The notes under the pieces are model-generated. The model saw only the letters and a list, made by a program, of their open reading frames with translations. It was not told the DNA's origin and did not search any database. The translations under genes were made by a program, and so were the position numbers. From NCBI GenBank assembly GCA_964629425.1, contig CAZVSO010000005.1:1-35392 (forward strand): DNA of 35,392 nt, written 5' to 3'. Source of the stretch: an uncultured Gemmatimonadaceae bacterium. Lineage in GTDB: Bacteria; Gemmatimonadota; Gemmatimonadetes; Gemmatimonadales; GWC2-71-9. Positions 35,341-35,392 of the stretch are shown in pieces. How positions within the stretch are numbered: the first letter of the stretch is position 1; each line of letters starts with the position of its first letter.

Positions 35341-35378
35341 TTACTTCGGACACCGCGGCTGGCTAGTATTTTGGCGTG
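35341..35378 (+). promoter_or_regulatory. Candidate promoter with a leaderless GTG start for a gene leaving the window
   Basis: TTACTT (35341-35346), a 17-nt spacer, then TAGTAT (35364-35369), then 6 nt to GTG (35376-35378). The AT-rich hexamers stand out in GC-rich context. The downstream ORF cannot be evaluated. Confidence 0.3.
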
Positions 35379-35392
35379 TCCGACCCTGCCGC

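Overview
High-GC (about 70% by eye) bacterial chromosomal window. The Ser/Thr-kinase/TolB-propeller paralogs suggest a Gemmatimonadota- or Acidobacteriota-like soil bacterium, but that is inference only. I can support about 30 protein genes and found no tRNA, rRNA or CRISPR array.

Gene order, left to right:
- 5'-partial NtrY-like sensor histidine kinase
- uncharacterised outer-membrane barrel plus lipoprotein pair
- ispG, a DUF4112 protein and csaA (convergent with DUF4112)
- a small outer-membrane barrel
- a same-strand run of membrane-anchored LAS-like peptidase, Zn-ribbon protein, secreted trypsin-like protease and FHA multipass membrane protein; the last three are translationally coupled
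- a beta-propeller-like lipoprotein
- yifB/comM
- an accessory stretch (15.4-26 kb) with three PIN-toxin TA modules interleaved with three paralogous Hanks kinase/TolB-propeller genes
- a DinB-family gene
- a DUF559 endonuclease gene bracketed by 41-nt inverted repeats
- an AstE/AspA-family M14-like enzyme
- a MetA-like outer-membrane barrel
- a large Zn-ribbon/kinase/6x Big_2 protein
- MscS and an EamA transporter

Most interesting observations:
1. The Zn-ribbon/S1-protease/FHA-membrane cassette is a candidate uncharacterised trans-envelope signalling module.
2. TA cassettes are flanked by scars of neighbouring host genes: a roughly 320-nt frameshifted internal copy of the yifB 3' region, and a 16-codon kinase 5' stub.
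3. The DUF559 gene has hairpin-containing terminal inverted repeats and fills a convergent intergenic gap exactly.
4. A palindromic element built from AGACGC octamers lies at 8.75-8.96 kb.
5. The Big_2 kinase places three Ig-like domains on each side of its single TM helix.

No integrase or transposase is visible, so the mobility claims remain inferential. The many long arginine/alanine/proline-rich ORFs in alternative frames are treated as high-GC artefacts.
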